Shown: positions 1 to 6,383 of the stretch, piece after piece
Numbering within the stretch: the stretch's first letter is position 1
Layout of the letters: each line of letters opens with the position of its first letter
From: Streptomyces sp. NBC_00576
GTDB lineage: Bacteria; Actinomycetota; Actinomycetes; Streptomycetales; Streptomycetaceae
Length of the DNA: 24,000 nt
Direction: 5' to 3'
Assembly: GCF_036345175.1 (NCBI RefSeq)
Contig: NZ_CP107780.1
Location: forward strand, 4,958,871-4,982,870
Notes under the pieces: generated by a model
Told to the model about the DNA's origin: nothing
Databases searched by the model: none
The model's input: only the letters and a program-made list of their open reading frames with translations
Program-made: the position numbers and the translations under genes

Positions 1-2
1 AC

Positions 3-527
3 GACACCCTCACCTGGACCGGCGCTCGTACGGTCCTCCTCGACCTCGCCGTACGCACCCGGCGCGGCGACCCCTTCGTCGTCTCCGACCTGGACGCACC
101 CGGCTGGCTGGAACGCTTCACCGCGCAGGACCGCACCCTCGCCCCGGCCGGCGAGCAGCTCCTCCAGGGCCAGTTCCCGATCGCCCCGCGCGCCTCCCGT
201 ACCGAGGGCATCGCCCGCGCCGAACAACTGCTCGACCTGGCCTTCGACGGCTGGCGCGAACGCGTCACCTGGCGCCGCGAGGCCACCGCGAACGGCCGTA
301 CCGGCGCGGTCGACCTGCCGGGTACGAGCTGGCGCGACCGGCCCGCGATCGAACGCGGCGACGGCGTCTACCTCGCCGGCGACCAGGTGGCCGCCCCCGG
401 CGTCCTCGCGGAGGTCTCCTTCAACAGCGCGCTGACCGCCGTTTCACTGGCACTGGGCAACCGCCGAAACCGCGACCGCCTCCACCATCTCGACCCTCTC
501 AACCCTCTTGACCTCAAGCGCGCTTGA
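3..527 (+). CDS. 3' end of an FAD/NAD(P)-dependent oxidoreductase (phytoene-desaturase/amine-oxidase-like); 5' end lies outside the window
   Basis: Frame open from nt 3 to TGA 525-527 with strong GC3 bias. The C-terminal sequence ...ERGDGVYLAGDQVAAPGVLAEVSFNSALTA... resembles the C-terminal FAD-binding motif of this family. It is absent from the ORF track because it has no in-window start. Confidence 0.55.
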   Translation, partial: DTLTWTGARTVLLDLAVRTRRGDPFVVSDLDAPGWLERFTAQDRTLAPAGEQLLQGQFPIAPRASRTEGIARAEQLLDLAFDGWRERVTWRREATANGRTGAVDLPGTSWRDRPAIERGDGVYLAGDQVAAPGVLAEVSFNSALTAVSLALGNRRNRDRLHHLDPLNPLDLKRA

Positions 528-538
528 GGTCAAAGAGT
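508..538 (+). promoter_or_regulatory. SoxR-type (MerR-family) operator inside a 19-bp-spacer promoter
   Basis: Perfect 26-bp palindrome TTGACCTCAAGCG|CGCTTGAGGTCAA at 508-533. Its core CCTCAAG-N4-CTTGAGG has the same half-sites and spacing as the E. coli soxS operator CCTCAAGTTAACTTGAGG (from memory). -35 TTGACC at 508-513, 19-nt spacer, -10-like AAGAGT at 533-538. Confidence 0.55.
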
Positions 539-617
539 AGGGACCCCAGCCGCCCACCACACCCTCGAAAACCGCGGCACGACCGGCAAGGTGGTACTGG
601 AGCCATGACGCACAGTT

Positions 618-649
618 GAGGGGGCGAGCCCACCAAGGCCCGCCCCCTC
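618..649. terminator. GC-rich hairpin between convergent genes (no U-tract)
   Basis: GAGGGGGCG (618-626) pairs perfectly with CGCCCCCTC (641-649). Extra GCC/GGC pairs are possible inside the loop. Confidence 0.4.
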
Positions 650-668
650 ACCGTTCGAACCGCCGAAC
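642..668 (-). repeat. Degenerate direct copy of the tRNA-Thr 3' end (acceptor 3' strand plus T-arm); putative att remnant
   Basis: GCCCCCT (642-648) and TTCGAACCG (654-662) are identical to 6275-6281 and 6288-6296 of the tRNA gene. Orientation is the same and the spacing differs by 1 nt. About 22 of 28 aligned positions match. Confidence 0.55.
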
Positions 669-684
669 CGCCGAACCGCCGAAC
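653..684. repeat. Tandem 8-mer CGCCGAAC: 3 perfect copies plus 1 degenerate
   Basis: Read directly: perfect copies at 661-668, 669-676 and 677-684, preceded by degenerate gttcgaac at 653-660. Confidence 0.95.
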
Positions 685-746
685 CGATAACGACCGACAA
701 CGACCGACAACGACCGACAACGACCGACAACGACCGACAACGACCG
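681..746. repeat. Tandem 10-mer CGACCGACAA: 5 perfect copies plus partial copies at both ends
   Basis: Read directly: five perfect units at 691-740, partial cgaccg at 741-746, and a degenerate unit gaaccgataa at 681-690. Confidence 0.95.
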
Positions 747-773
747 TCCACCAGCCGCCCCGGCCGCCTCAAC

Positions 774-3700
774 TCACCGCGCGACCGCCCCCGTCGCCTT
801 GCTCACCGCGACCCCGTCCTGGTGCCCGGCCCGCCGCGCGGTCACCTTCACGGTGATCTTCTTGCCCTTCTGGGCCGCCTTCAGCACGAGCGAGGACTTG
901 GTCGCCCCCGCGATCGCCTGACCGCCCGCGTACCACTGGTACGCGTACGACGTCGCCGCCGGACTCCACGTCCCGGCCGACGTCTTGAGCGCCTTCCCGA
1001 CCTTCGCCGTCCCGCCGATCACCGGCAGCTTCGTCGCCTTGGGCGCATCCCCCCTCGCCACGGCCACCGCGGCCGAGGTCGCCGACCCGCTCTTCCAACC
1101 GCCCTTGACCGCGGTGACGGTCACACTCAGCTTCCTGCCGAGCTGCCCGGCGGGAACGACATACGCCGCCGCAGTCGCCCCCGCTATCGCCTTGCCGTCG
1201 GCCTTCCACTGGAAGCTGTACGAGGACGGAGCCGCCGACCAACTCCCGGGCGCCGCCGTCACCTTGGCACCGACCTTGACCGTGCCGGTCACCTTCGGCG
1301 GGGCGGTGCTCCTCAGCTGGGGCTCGGCCACGGTGAAGAGTCCCCGCTGGAACTCCCGGCCCCGCGCGATCACGCTGACGCTCCACGTACCGGTAGCGGT
1401 TTCGCCGGTCAGGTCGAGGGTCGCCGTCAGCGTCCGGTTGTCCGGGGACACGCCTACCGTCCGCGCGGTCAACGTCCTACCGGACTGCGCCAGCCTGACC
1501 ACGGAATCCGCCGGAAGCGCGGCCCCCGTCACCGTGAGAGTGACCTTCGTGCCGGCGGCTCCCGTCGCCGGACTCACCCCTGTGACATCGAGTTTCTCAG
1601 GGCCGCACTGCGCATACGAGCACACCAGCCTGGCGCTGTAGGAGGTAGCGGACACCTTCTCCGGCAGACCGAGCACGAACACACTCGGAGTACTCGCCCA
1701 GGATGAGCCGAGCGGGTCGCAGTCGTAACCCTCCGGGATGTAGTGGATGCAGCCATTGGCCCAGGTCGACGCGTTGTACAGCGCAGGCACCGCCGTGTCC
1801 GCGGCGCCGGTCGTGTCCTTGATCTCCGTCTTGAAGTGGTCGAACCCGGACGTCGGCAGCGCCGCACACACCGCCGTGTGCGCCTCGTCCAGCCTGCCCA
1901 GGATCGGCCCATACCCGTACGCCACCGACGGCACCTTCACGCACTCCGGCGCCGGACCCTCGGCGGTCGCGATCCGCAGGGCGTCCAAACGGAAGGCATC
2001 CGGCGCCCTCAGGGTCGCCGGGACCTGCACGAGGACCTGGTGACTGGTGGAACCGGTAACCGCACAGGCGTTGTTGCGATACGAGCACTCCGTGTTCCCG
2101 TCAGCACCGATGACCGCGATGTTGCCGGTGCCCAGAGCGTCCCGCACGTTCATGTGCACCACATCCGTGGCGCCCGACGTGGTGATCCGACGGCAACTGA
2201 GGGTGCCCGGACCTCCATACGCACCGACAAGGGACGCGCCACCCACCTTGGCCGCCGCACTCGTGACACAACCCGCCGAACCAGCGCTAGCCGTCACGTC
2301 CCGGCGCGCCAGCGTGTACGTGGCGACCTTGTCCCAGCCATTGACGAGCACCGTGTGAGCGCTGCCCGGAGTGAGTCCACACACCGTCCAGCCATTGGTG
2401 GTGGCCCAGCGTTCACAGACCTGCTTGCCCGTGGAGTCCACCACCGAGAAACCCGCGCTCACCCCGCCCGAGGTGGCGATCAACTGGAAAATCTCCGCCT
2501 TCGTGTGTCCGTTCGCCGGGATGGTCAGACAGTGCGCGAAGACACCGCCCCCAGTGGCGAAGGACGCCTTGGCACCGTTCACGTCGAAACTACCGGCAGG
2601 CAGTTCGGCACAACCCTGCGCAGTGTCCGTACGAACCAGGTCGATGCCGTACGCCCCCGCCAACGTCCCAGAATCCGAGTGAACCAGCAGACGATAGGGC
2701 GCAGTGCCGGTGGGCGCACACGTGCCCGCACTCAGCGTCGTCTCGTCGCACTGCCCGACACCCGCGCTGTCGACAACCTCGTAGTCCGCATCAGGCCGCC
2801 CGCCGAGCGAGGTCAACGCCCCGAACGGCACCCCCCGCGCACCCGGCAGCACCAGACAGTCGTACTGACCCGGACCACCGAACTCACCCTGGTACAGCCC
2901 CCAACCGACCGTACGACACCCCTCGGTGCCCGTCCGGTCGAGGAACACCGTGGCGTACTCCGAGTCGCTGACCGCAGTGGGGTCACCCACCACCAGCGTG
3001 TACGTACCGGCGGCGGGAAACGCGCACCAACCACCCGCCTGACAAACCTTCCTGCCCGCACCGTCATAGACGTACGACCACAGATCGTCGCCCTGCTCAC
3101 GGCCGATCGGATTCACCAGATACCGGCCCGCGGCGAGCACACTCAGCGAACGGCAACGCACCCCACCCGCCTCGGGCACCGTCCCATACACACCGACCGC
3201 CACCACCGGGCAACCCTCGGCGTCAGACAGCCTTCGGACCTGGAACTCGTAGTCATACGGCAGCTGGTCGTCGTTGAAGACGTACGACAGCACGCGATAC
3301 GGGCCATCACCAGGCAGCACACACCCGTCCTCGTCGTCGCGCACACAGATGTCCGTACCGCTCGCGTCAGTGATCCACTGCCGTACATTCGAGCCGCGAT
3401 AGACGACAACACGCTCACCCGGCGCGCCCCGGAACGACCGGCAGTCGACCTCGACCGGGCTGACCGCCGTACCGCTCGTCACCGGCTGCCCCCAGGACGT
3501 ACCGACAGGCTCGGCACAACCCTCGGACCCGGCCAGCGCGACAACGGCCAGCTGATAGTCCGTGGCCCCGGAGGAACCCGAGTTGTCGACCACCACGGTG
3601 TACACACCCGCCGCCGGAAAATCACACCACCGCACGCCGTAACCAGGCGCCGTGCACTCGACGGACGCACCGTCGGCATCCACGACATTCGCGTAAGCGC

Positions 3701-3986
3701 CGTCCCGGGGATCCTCCACAGACACCTGATGCCGCCCCGCCTGGGCCGTCACCGTGTAACAGGCCTGCGCCCCACCCTCCAGCGTGCCCCGGGCCACGGC
3801 CTCCCCCGGATCACCGAACGGCGCGAGCGCGAGCGGCGCACACTCCGACTCAACGGCCCGCGCGGGCGCCGCCCCCACCGTCGTCGTCAACGTCAACAAC
3901 GAGCCGAGCAGCGCGACCAGGACGGCCCAGACGAGCAGCGGCACCGCCGACCGCCCGCGTCTTTCGGACAGGCAGAAGCCAAACAT
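774..3986 (-). CDS. Large secreted Cys-rich repeat protein: 7 PPC-like beta-sandwich modules, an IPT/TIG-like domain and 2 Ig-like repeats; no recognisable catalytic domain
   Basis: The track ORF is 774..4106. I place the start at ATG 3986 (MFGFCLSERRGRSAVPLLVWAVLVALLGSLLTLTTTVGAAPARA|VE), which has a GGGGGGA Shine-Dalgarno 5 nt upstream and gives a Sec signal peptide with an AxA site. Seven ~100-aa modules each carry 4 Cys in the recurring pattern GC...xC...C...C. Confidence 0.8.
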   Translation of the reverse strand: MFGFCLSERRGRSAVPLLVWAVLVALLGSLLTLTTTVGAAPARAVESECAPLALAPFGDPGEAVARGTLEGGAQACYTVTAQAGRHQVSVEDPRDGAYANVVDADGASVECTAPGYGVRWCDFPAAGVYTVVVDNSGSSGATDYQLAVVALAGSEGCAEPVGTSWGQPVTSGTAVSPVEVDCRSFRGAPGERVVVYRGSNVRQWITDASGTDICVRDDEDGCVLPGDGPYRVLSYVFNDDQLPYDYEFQVRRLSDAEGCPVVAVGVYGTVPEAGGVRCRSLSVLAAGRYLVNPIGREQGDDLWSYVYDGAGRKVCQAGGWCAFPAAGTYTLVVGDPTAVSDSEYATVFLDRTGTEGCRTVGWGLYQGEFGGPGQYDCLVLPGARGVPFGALTSLGGRPDADYEVVDSAGVGQCDETTLSAGTCAPTGTAPYRLLVHSDSGTLAGAYGIDLVRTDTAQGCAELPAGSFDVNGAKASFATGGGVFAHCLTIPANGHTKAEIFQLIATSGGVSAGFSVVDSTGKQVCERWATTNGWTVCGLTPGSAHTVLVNGWDKVATYTLARRDVTASAGSAGCVTSAAAKVGGASLVGAYGGPGTLSCRRITTSGATDVVHMNVRDALGTGNIAVIGADGNTECSYRNNACAVTGSTSHQVLVQVPATLRAPDAFRLDALRIATAEGPAPECVKVPSVAYGYGPILGRLDEAHTAVCAALPTSGFDHFKTEIKDTTGAADTAVPALYNASTWANGCIHYIPEGYDCDPLGSSWASTPSVFVLGLPEKVSATSYSARLVCSYAQCGPEKLDVTGVSPATGAAGTKVTLTVTGAALPADSVVRLAQSGRTLTARTVGVSPDNRTLTATLDLTGETATGTWSVSVIARGREFQRGLFTVAEPQLRSTAPPKVTGTVKVGAKVTAAPGSWSAAPSSYSFQWKADGKAIAGATAAAYVVPAGQLGRKLSVTVTAVKGGWKSGSATSAAVAVARGDAPKATKLPVIGGTAKVGKALKTSAGTWSPAATSYAYQWYAGGQAIAGATKSSLVLKAAQKGKKITVKVTARRAGHQDGVAVSKATGAVAR
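777..1298 (-). repeat. Intragenic tandem duplication: two 83-aa Ig-like repeats at the C-terminus of the secreted protein
   Basis: PKVTGTVKVGAKVTAAPGSWSAAPSSYSFQWKADGKAIAGAT... aligns with PVIGGTAKVGKALKTSAGTWSPAATSYAYQWYAGGQAIAGAT... (about 1050-1298 and 777-1025), separated by an 8-aa linker. Confidence 0.75.
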
Positions 3987-4115
3987 CGAAATCCCCCCGG
4001 AACAATGGTCGTTGAGGCCCATGAAGGCCAACGTGACGATGGTGGCACACAGATCTGACACAACACCCGCCCACATCCGGGCAACAAACGGAGGGCCAAG
4101 CGACAAGGCCGAACA

Positions 4116-4769
4116 TCAACGCCTCAACGCCCCCAGCGTCTCCCTCGGACTCCACACCTCCCCACCCCGCCGACCCGTCAACGGCCAACAGGCAAACCCA
4201 ACAAGCACCGCAGTGAAATGCCCGAGATCAGTGAACGTACGAGACAAGACGAGCGGCACCCCGTACACCACAAGAACACCCCCCACATACGCATACCGCC
4301 AAGGCCGCGCCACCCGATACGCGAGCACGGCCACCACCCCCGCCAGCCCGTAACTCACCCCGAAATCCATCGTGTCCGCCGCCGACGCCGGCGCAGAACC
4401 GTCCCGGATCGCCCGCCACACCGCACCCTGACTGACCAACGTCGCCAACACATGCGCACTCACACACACCACAAGCCACCGCACGGTCCCCAACCACCGC
4501 TCGACCGACGCATGAAACACCGAATACAGAACGAGGTACGGAGTCCACCACCCGTCGATCCACATCGCACTGGAGATCAACACCCGCACCGGATGGTCCG
4601 ACAACTCATTGATGTTCGTCGACCGCTGCCGCAGGAACTCCTCCTGAAACTCCGCCGACATGTGATGTATGGCCACCGTCGTGAAGAACAGGACCAGCAG
4701 CCACACATAAGTGCCCGGAGCACTACGAACGTAAGCCCACACCCCGCGCGGACCCGCCGAAAATCGCAT
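4116..4769 (-). CDS. Polytopic membrane protein, rhomboid-like fold (divergent)
   Basis: 217 aa with about 6 hydrophobic segments. ASVERWLGTVRWLVVCVSAHVLATLVSQG resembles the GlpG segment [23 protein letters not shown]. It has a GxSxGxxG motif (FGVSYGLAGV) and a late-TM His (DLGHFTAVLVG), but no TM2 HxxxN motif. It lies upstream of, and on the same strand as, the secreted protein gene. Confidence 0.6.
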   Translation of the reverse strand: MRFSAGPRGVWAYVRSAPGTYVWLLVLFFTTVAIHHMSAEFQEEFLRQRSTNINELSDHPVRVLISSAMWIDGWWTPYLVLYSVFHASVERWLGTVRWLVVCVSAHVLATLVSQGAVWRAIRDGSAPASAADTMDFGVSYGLAGVVAVLAYRVARPWRYAYVGGVLVVYGVPLVLSRTFTDLGHFTAVLVGFACWPLTGRRGGEVWSPRETLGALRR

Positions 4770-4775
4770 GCCCCA

Positions 4776-4781
4776 AATTTA
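4776..4781 (-). promoter_or_regulatory. -10 box TAAATT for a leaderless transcript starting at ATG 4769
   Basis: The minus strand reads TTGGCG-16 nt-TAAATT-tggggc-ATG. The 6-nt gap between -10 and start codon is typical of leaderless actinobacterial mRNAs. Confidence 0.45.
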
Positions 4782-4791
4782 CGCACGCACA

Positions 4792-4797
4792 TACAGT
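4792..4797 (+). promoter_or_regulatory. -10 box TACAGT for a leaderless transcript starting at GTG 4804
   Basis: The plus strand reads TACAGT-cgccaa-GTG with a 6-nt gap. No Shine-Dalgarno precedes either candidate start. Confidence 0.45.
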
Positions 4798-4803
4798 CGC
4801 CAA

Positions 4804-5691
4804 GTGATCCGCATCCGCGTCCCCGACGAACTGGCCGCCACACAGCTCAAGTACAACGGGGAGGCAGGCCGCGCCTTCATCACCGCACTCCCCACCCGCA
4901 CCGCCGACTTCCTCGACCACTGGAACCTACGCATCGACGGCCAGGCAATGCACGGCGTAACAGCCCTGGTCCTCCCGGTCCTACGCGCCGACGACACCCC
5001 AGCCGCCCTCAAACTCCAACTCCCGGACGACGAGAGCAAAGACGAACCAACCGCCCTCCGCCACTGGAACGGCGACCACGCCGTACGCCTCCTGGACCAC
5101 GACCCCACCACCGGAACGATGCTCCTGGAACGCCTCGACCACACCCGAATGCTGTCCCACCACCCCGACGCCCACGAAGCCACCCTGATCATCGCCGACC
5201 TCCTGACCCACCTCACCGCCATACCGGCCCCACCCGGCATCCGCCTCCTCGGCGACATCGCAGAAGGAATGCTGAACGAAGCGCCACAGGCACTCCCCCA
5301 AATCCCGGACCCCGAAGCCCGCACCCTCCTCAAGGACTGCGCGGCAGCCCTACGCGAAGTGGCCCCGGAACCCGGCGACCGCCTCCTCCACTGGGACCTC
5401 CACGACGAAAACGTCCTCGCCGCCCACCGCGCCCCCTGGCTCGCCATCGACCCGAAACCCCTGGCCGGAGACCCCGCCTTCGACCTCTGGCCGGCCATCA
5501 ACAACCGCTTCGACGCCAACGACATCCTCTGGCGCTTCGACGCCCTGACAGACGCCCTGTCCCTGGACCGCGAACGGGCACGCGCGTGGACCCTCGCCCG
5601 GGTACTCCAGAACACCCTGTGGCACATCAAAGACGGCGACCCACCAGAGGAACCGGACCTGGAGATCGCACGCCGACTACGCCACCCCTGA
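4804..5691 (+). CDS. Aminoglycoside phosphotransferase, APH(6)/streptomycin-6-kinase/hydroxyurea-resistance kinase family
   Basis: Kinase catalytic-loop motif LLHWDLHDENVL followed by IDPKPLAGDPAFDL, as in the APH(6) family. The track start ATG 4768 overlaps the divergent gene's ATG within CATG. In-frame GTG 4804 with a leaderless -10 is preferred. Confidence 0.75.
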   Translation: MIRIRVPDELAATQLKYNGEAGRAFITALPTRTADFLDHWNLRIDGQAMHGVTALVLPVLRADDTPAALKLQLPDDESKDEPTALRHWNGDHAVRLLDHDPTTGTMLLERLDHTRMLSHHPDAHEATLIIADLLTHLTAIPAPPGIRLLGDIAEGMLNEAPQALPQIPDPEARTLLKDCAAALREVAPEPGDRLLHWDLHDENVLAAHRAPWLAIDPKPLAGDPAFDLWPAINNRFDANDILWRFDALTDALSLDRERARAWTLARVLQNTLWHIKDGDPPEEPDLEIARRLRHP

Positions 5692-5720
5692 CCCACGGCG
5701 ACGGCAACCGGAACCACTAC

Positions 5721-6221
5721 TCACACAACGCACTCCATACACACCAGCCGCTCCCGCCCATCCCACGACTCGGTGACGACGAACCCGAACCGCTCGTACA
5801 GAGCAATGGCCCCGACCCGCCACTCCCACACGGACAGCCGCACGCTGCTGACCCCACCTTCCGCAGCACCCGCAAGCGCGGCACGGAGCAGACCGGAAGC
5901 GATCCCCCGCCCCCGGAACTCCGGATCCGTCCACAACCTCTTGATCTCCGACCGCCCACCGACGGAAGCGGCCACCACCACACACCCCACGGCAGCGCCC
6001 CCGCTCAGGGCCACCAGCACGACATCGCCGACGAACGCGGCCCGCGGATCCGAGATCTCCGCCCGATACCGCCCCGGCAGCCCGTCCACGTCGGCAACGG
6101 CCTGGCCCTTCTCGGCCTCGGTCCGCAGGTGATAGGCGGCCAACAGCCCGGCCAGCCCGCTATCAGCGGAAGGGGACTGCTCCGGCCAGCGGACGACCAC
6201 AACCTCGCGCTGATCAGTCAT
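5721..6221 (-). CDS. GNAT-family N-acetyltransferase
   Basis: 166 aa with acetyl-CoA-binding motif A ...RLWTDPEFRGRGIASGLLRAAL... and a typical GNAT C-terminal beta-strand (YERFGF). TATGCT-cgcgcc-ATG suggests a leaderless start. Confidence 0.85.
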   Translation of the reverse strand: MTDQREVVVVRWPEQSPSADSGLAGLLAAYHLRTEAEKGQAVADVDGLPGRYRAEISDPRAAFVGDVVLVALSGGAAVGCVVVAASVGGRSEIKRLWTDPEFRGRGIASGLLRAALAGAAEGGVSSVRLSVWEWRVGAIALYERFGFVVTESWDGRERLVCMECVV

Positions 6222-6230
6222 GGCGCGAGC

Positions 6231-6266
6231 ATAAAAGAAGCCCAGGTCAGCTCGGAGCTGACCTGG
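6231..6266 (-). terminator. Intrinsic terminator downstream of tRNA-Thr
   Basis: Minus strand: CCAGGTCAGCTC-c-GAGCTGACCTGG (12-bp arms at 6242-6253 and 6255-6266) followed by GCTTCTTTTAT. Confidence 0.65.
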
Positions 6267-6273
6267 ACTGTTG

Positions 6274-6347
6274 AGCCCCCTGTCGGATTCGAACCGACGA
6301 CCTGATCATTACAAGTGATCTGCTCGTTCCAGCTGAGCTAAGGAGGC
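6274..6347 (-). tRNA. tRNA-Thr (anticodon UGU), 74 nt, CCA not encoded
   Basis: Hand-folded cloverleaf. Acceptor GCCTCCT/AGGGGGC (one G-U pair), D stem GCTC/GAGC, anticodon stem GATCA/TGATC with loop CTTGTAA, variable loop AGGTC, T stem GTCGG/CCGAC with loop TTCGAAT, discriminator U. Confidence 0.9.
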
Positions 6348-6383
6348 ACCGCGCACCACAACGCCGTACGCGAAGGCGGCTCC

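Noticed and set aside
508-533. The 26-bp palindrome as nothing more than the terminator of the oxidoreductase gene
   Set aside because: Not fully excluded. However, it overlaps the stop codon rather than following it and has no U-tract. Its half-sites, spacing and -35/-10 geometry match a SoxR operator too closely for a generic hairpin. I kept it as the alternative hypothesis in the finding.
653-746. Tandem repeats as a possible CRISPR array
   Set aside because: The units are 8 and 10 nt and directly abut one another with no spacers. These are microsatellites, not CRISPR.
1743-4058. 771-aa plus-strand ORF and other long ORFs antisense to well-supported genes (4218..6305 +, 6338..7795 -, 8257..9546 -, 10050..11606 -, 10880..11980 -, 13913..16054 +, 19069..19797 +, 21284..22153 -)
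   Set aside because: These are shadow frames typical of high-GC DNA. They have Arg/Pro/Gly/His-rich nonsense composition and no recognisable motifs. They lie opposite genes with clear family signatures and correct GC3 periodicity.
5721-6221. GNAT gene as a TacT/AtaT-like toxin of a toxin-antitoxin pair (size about 166 aa, next to a tRNA gene)
   Set aside because: No small RHH/DUF1778-type antitoxin ORF lies upstream or overlaps it. The upstream space is filled by the tRNA terminator and the tRNA itself.
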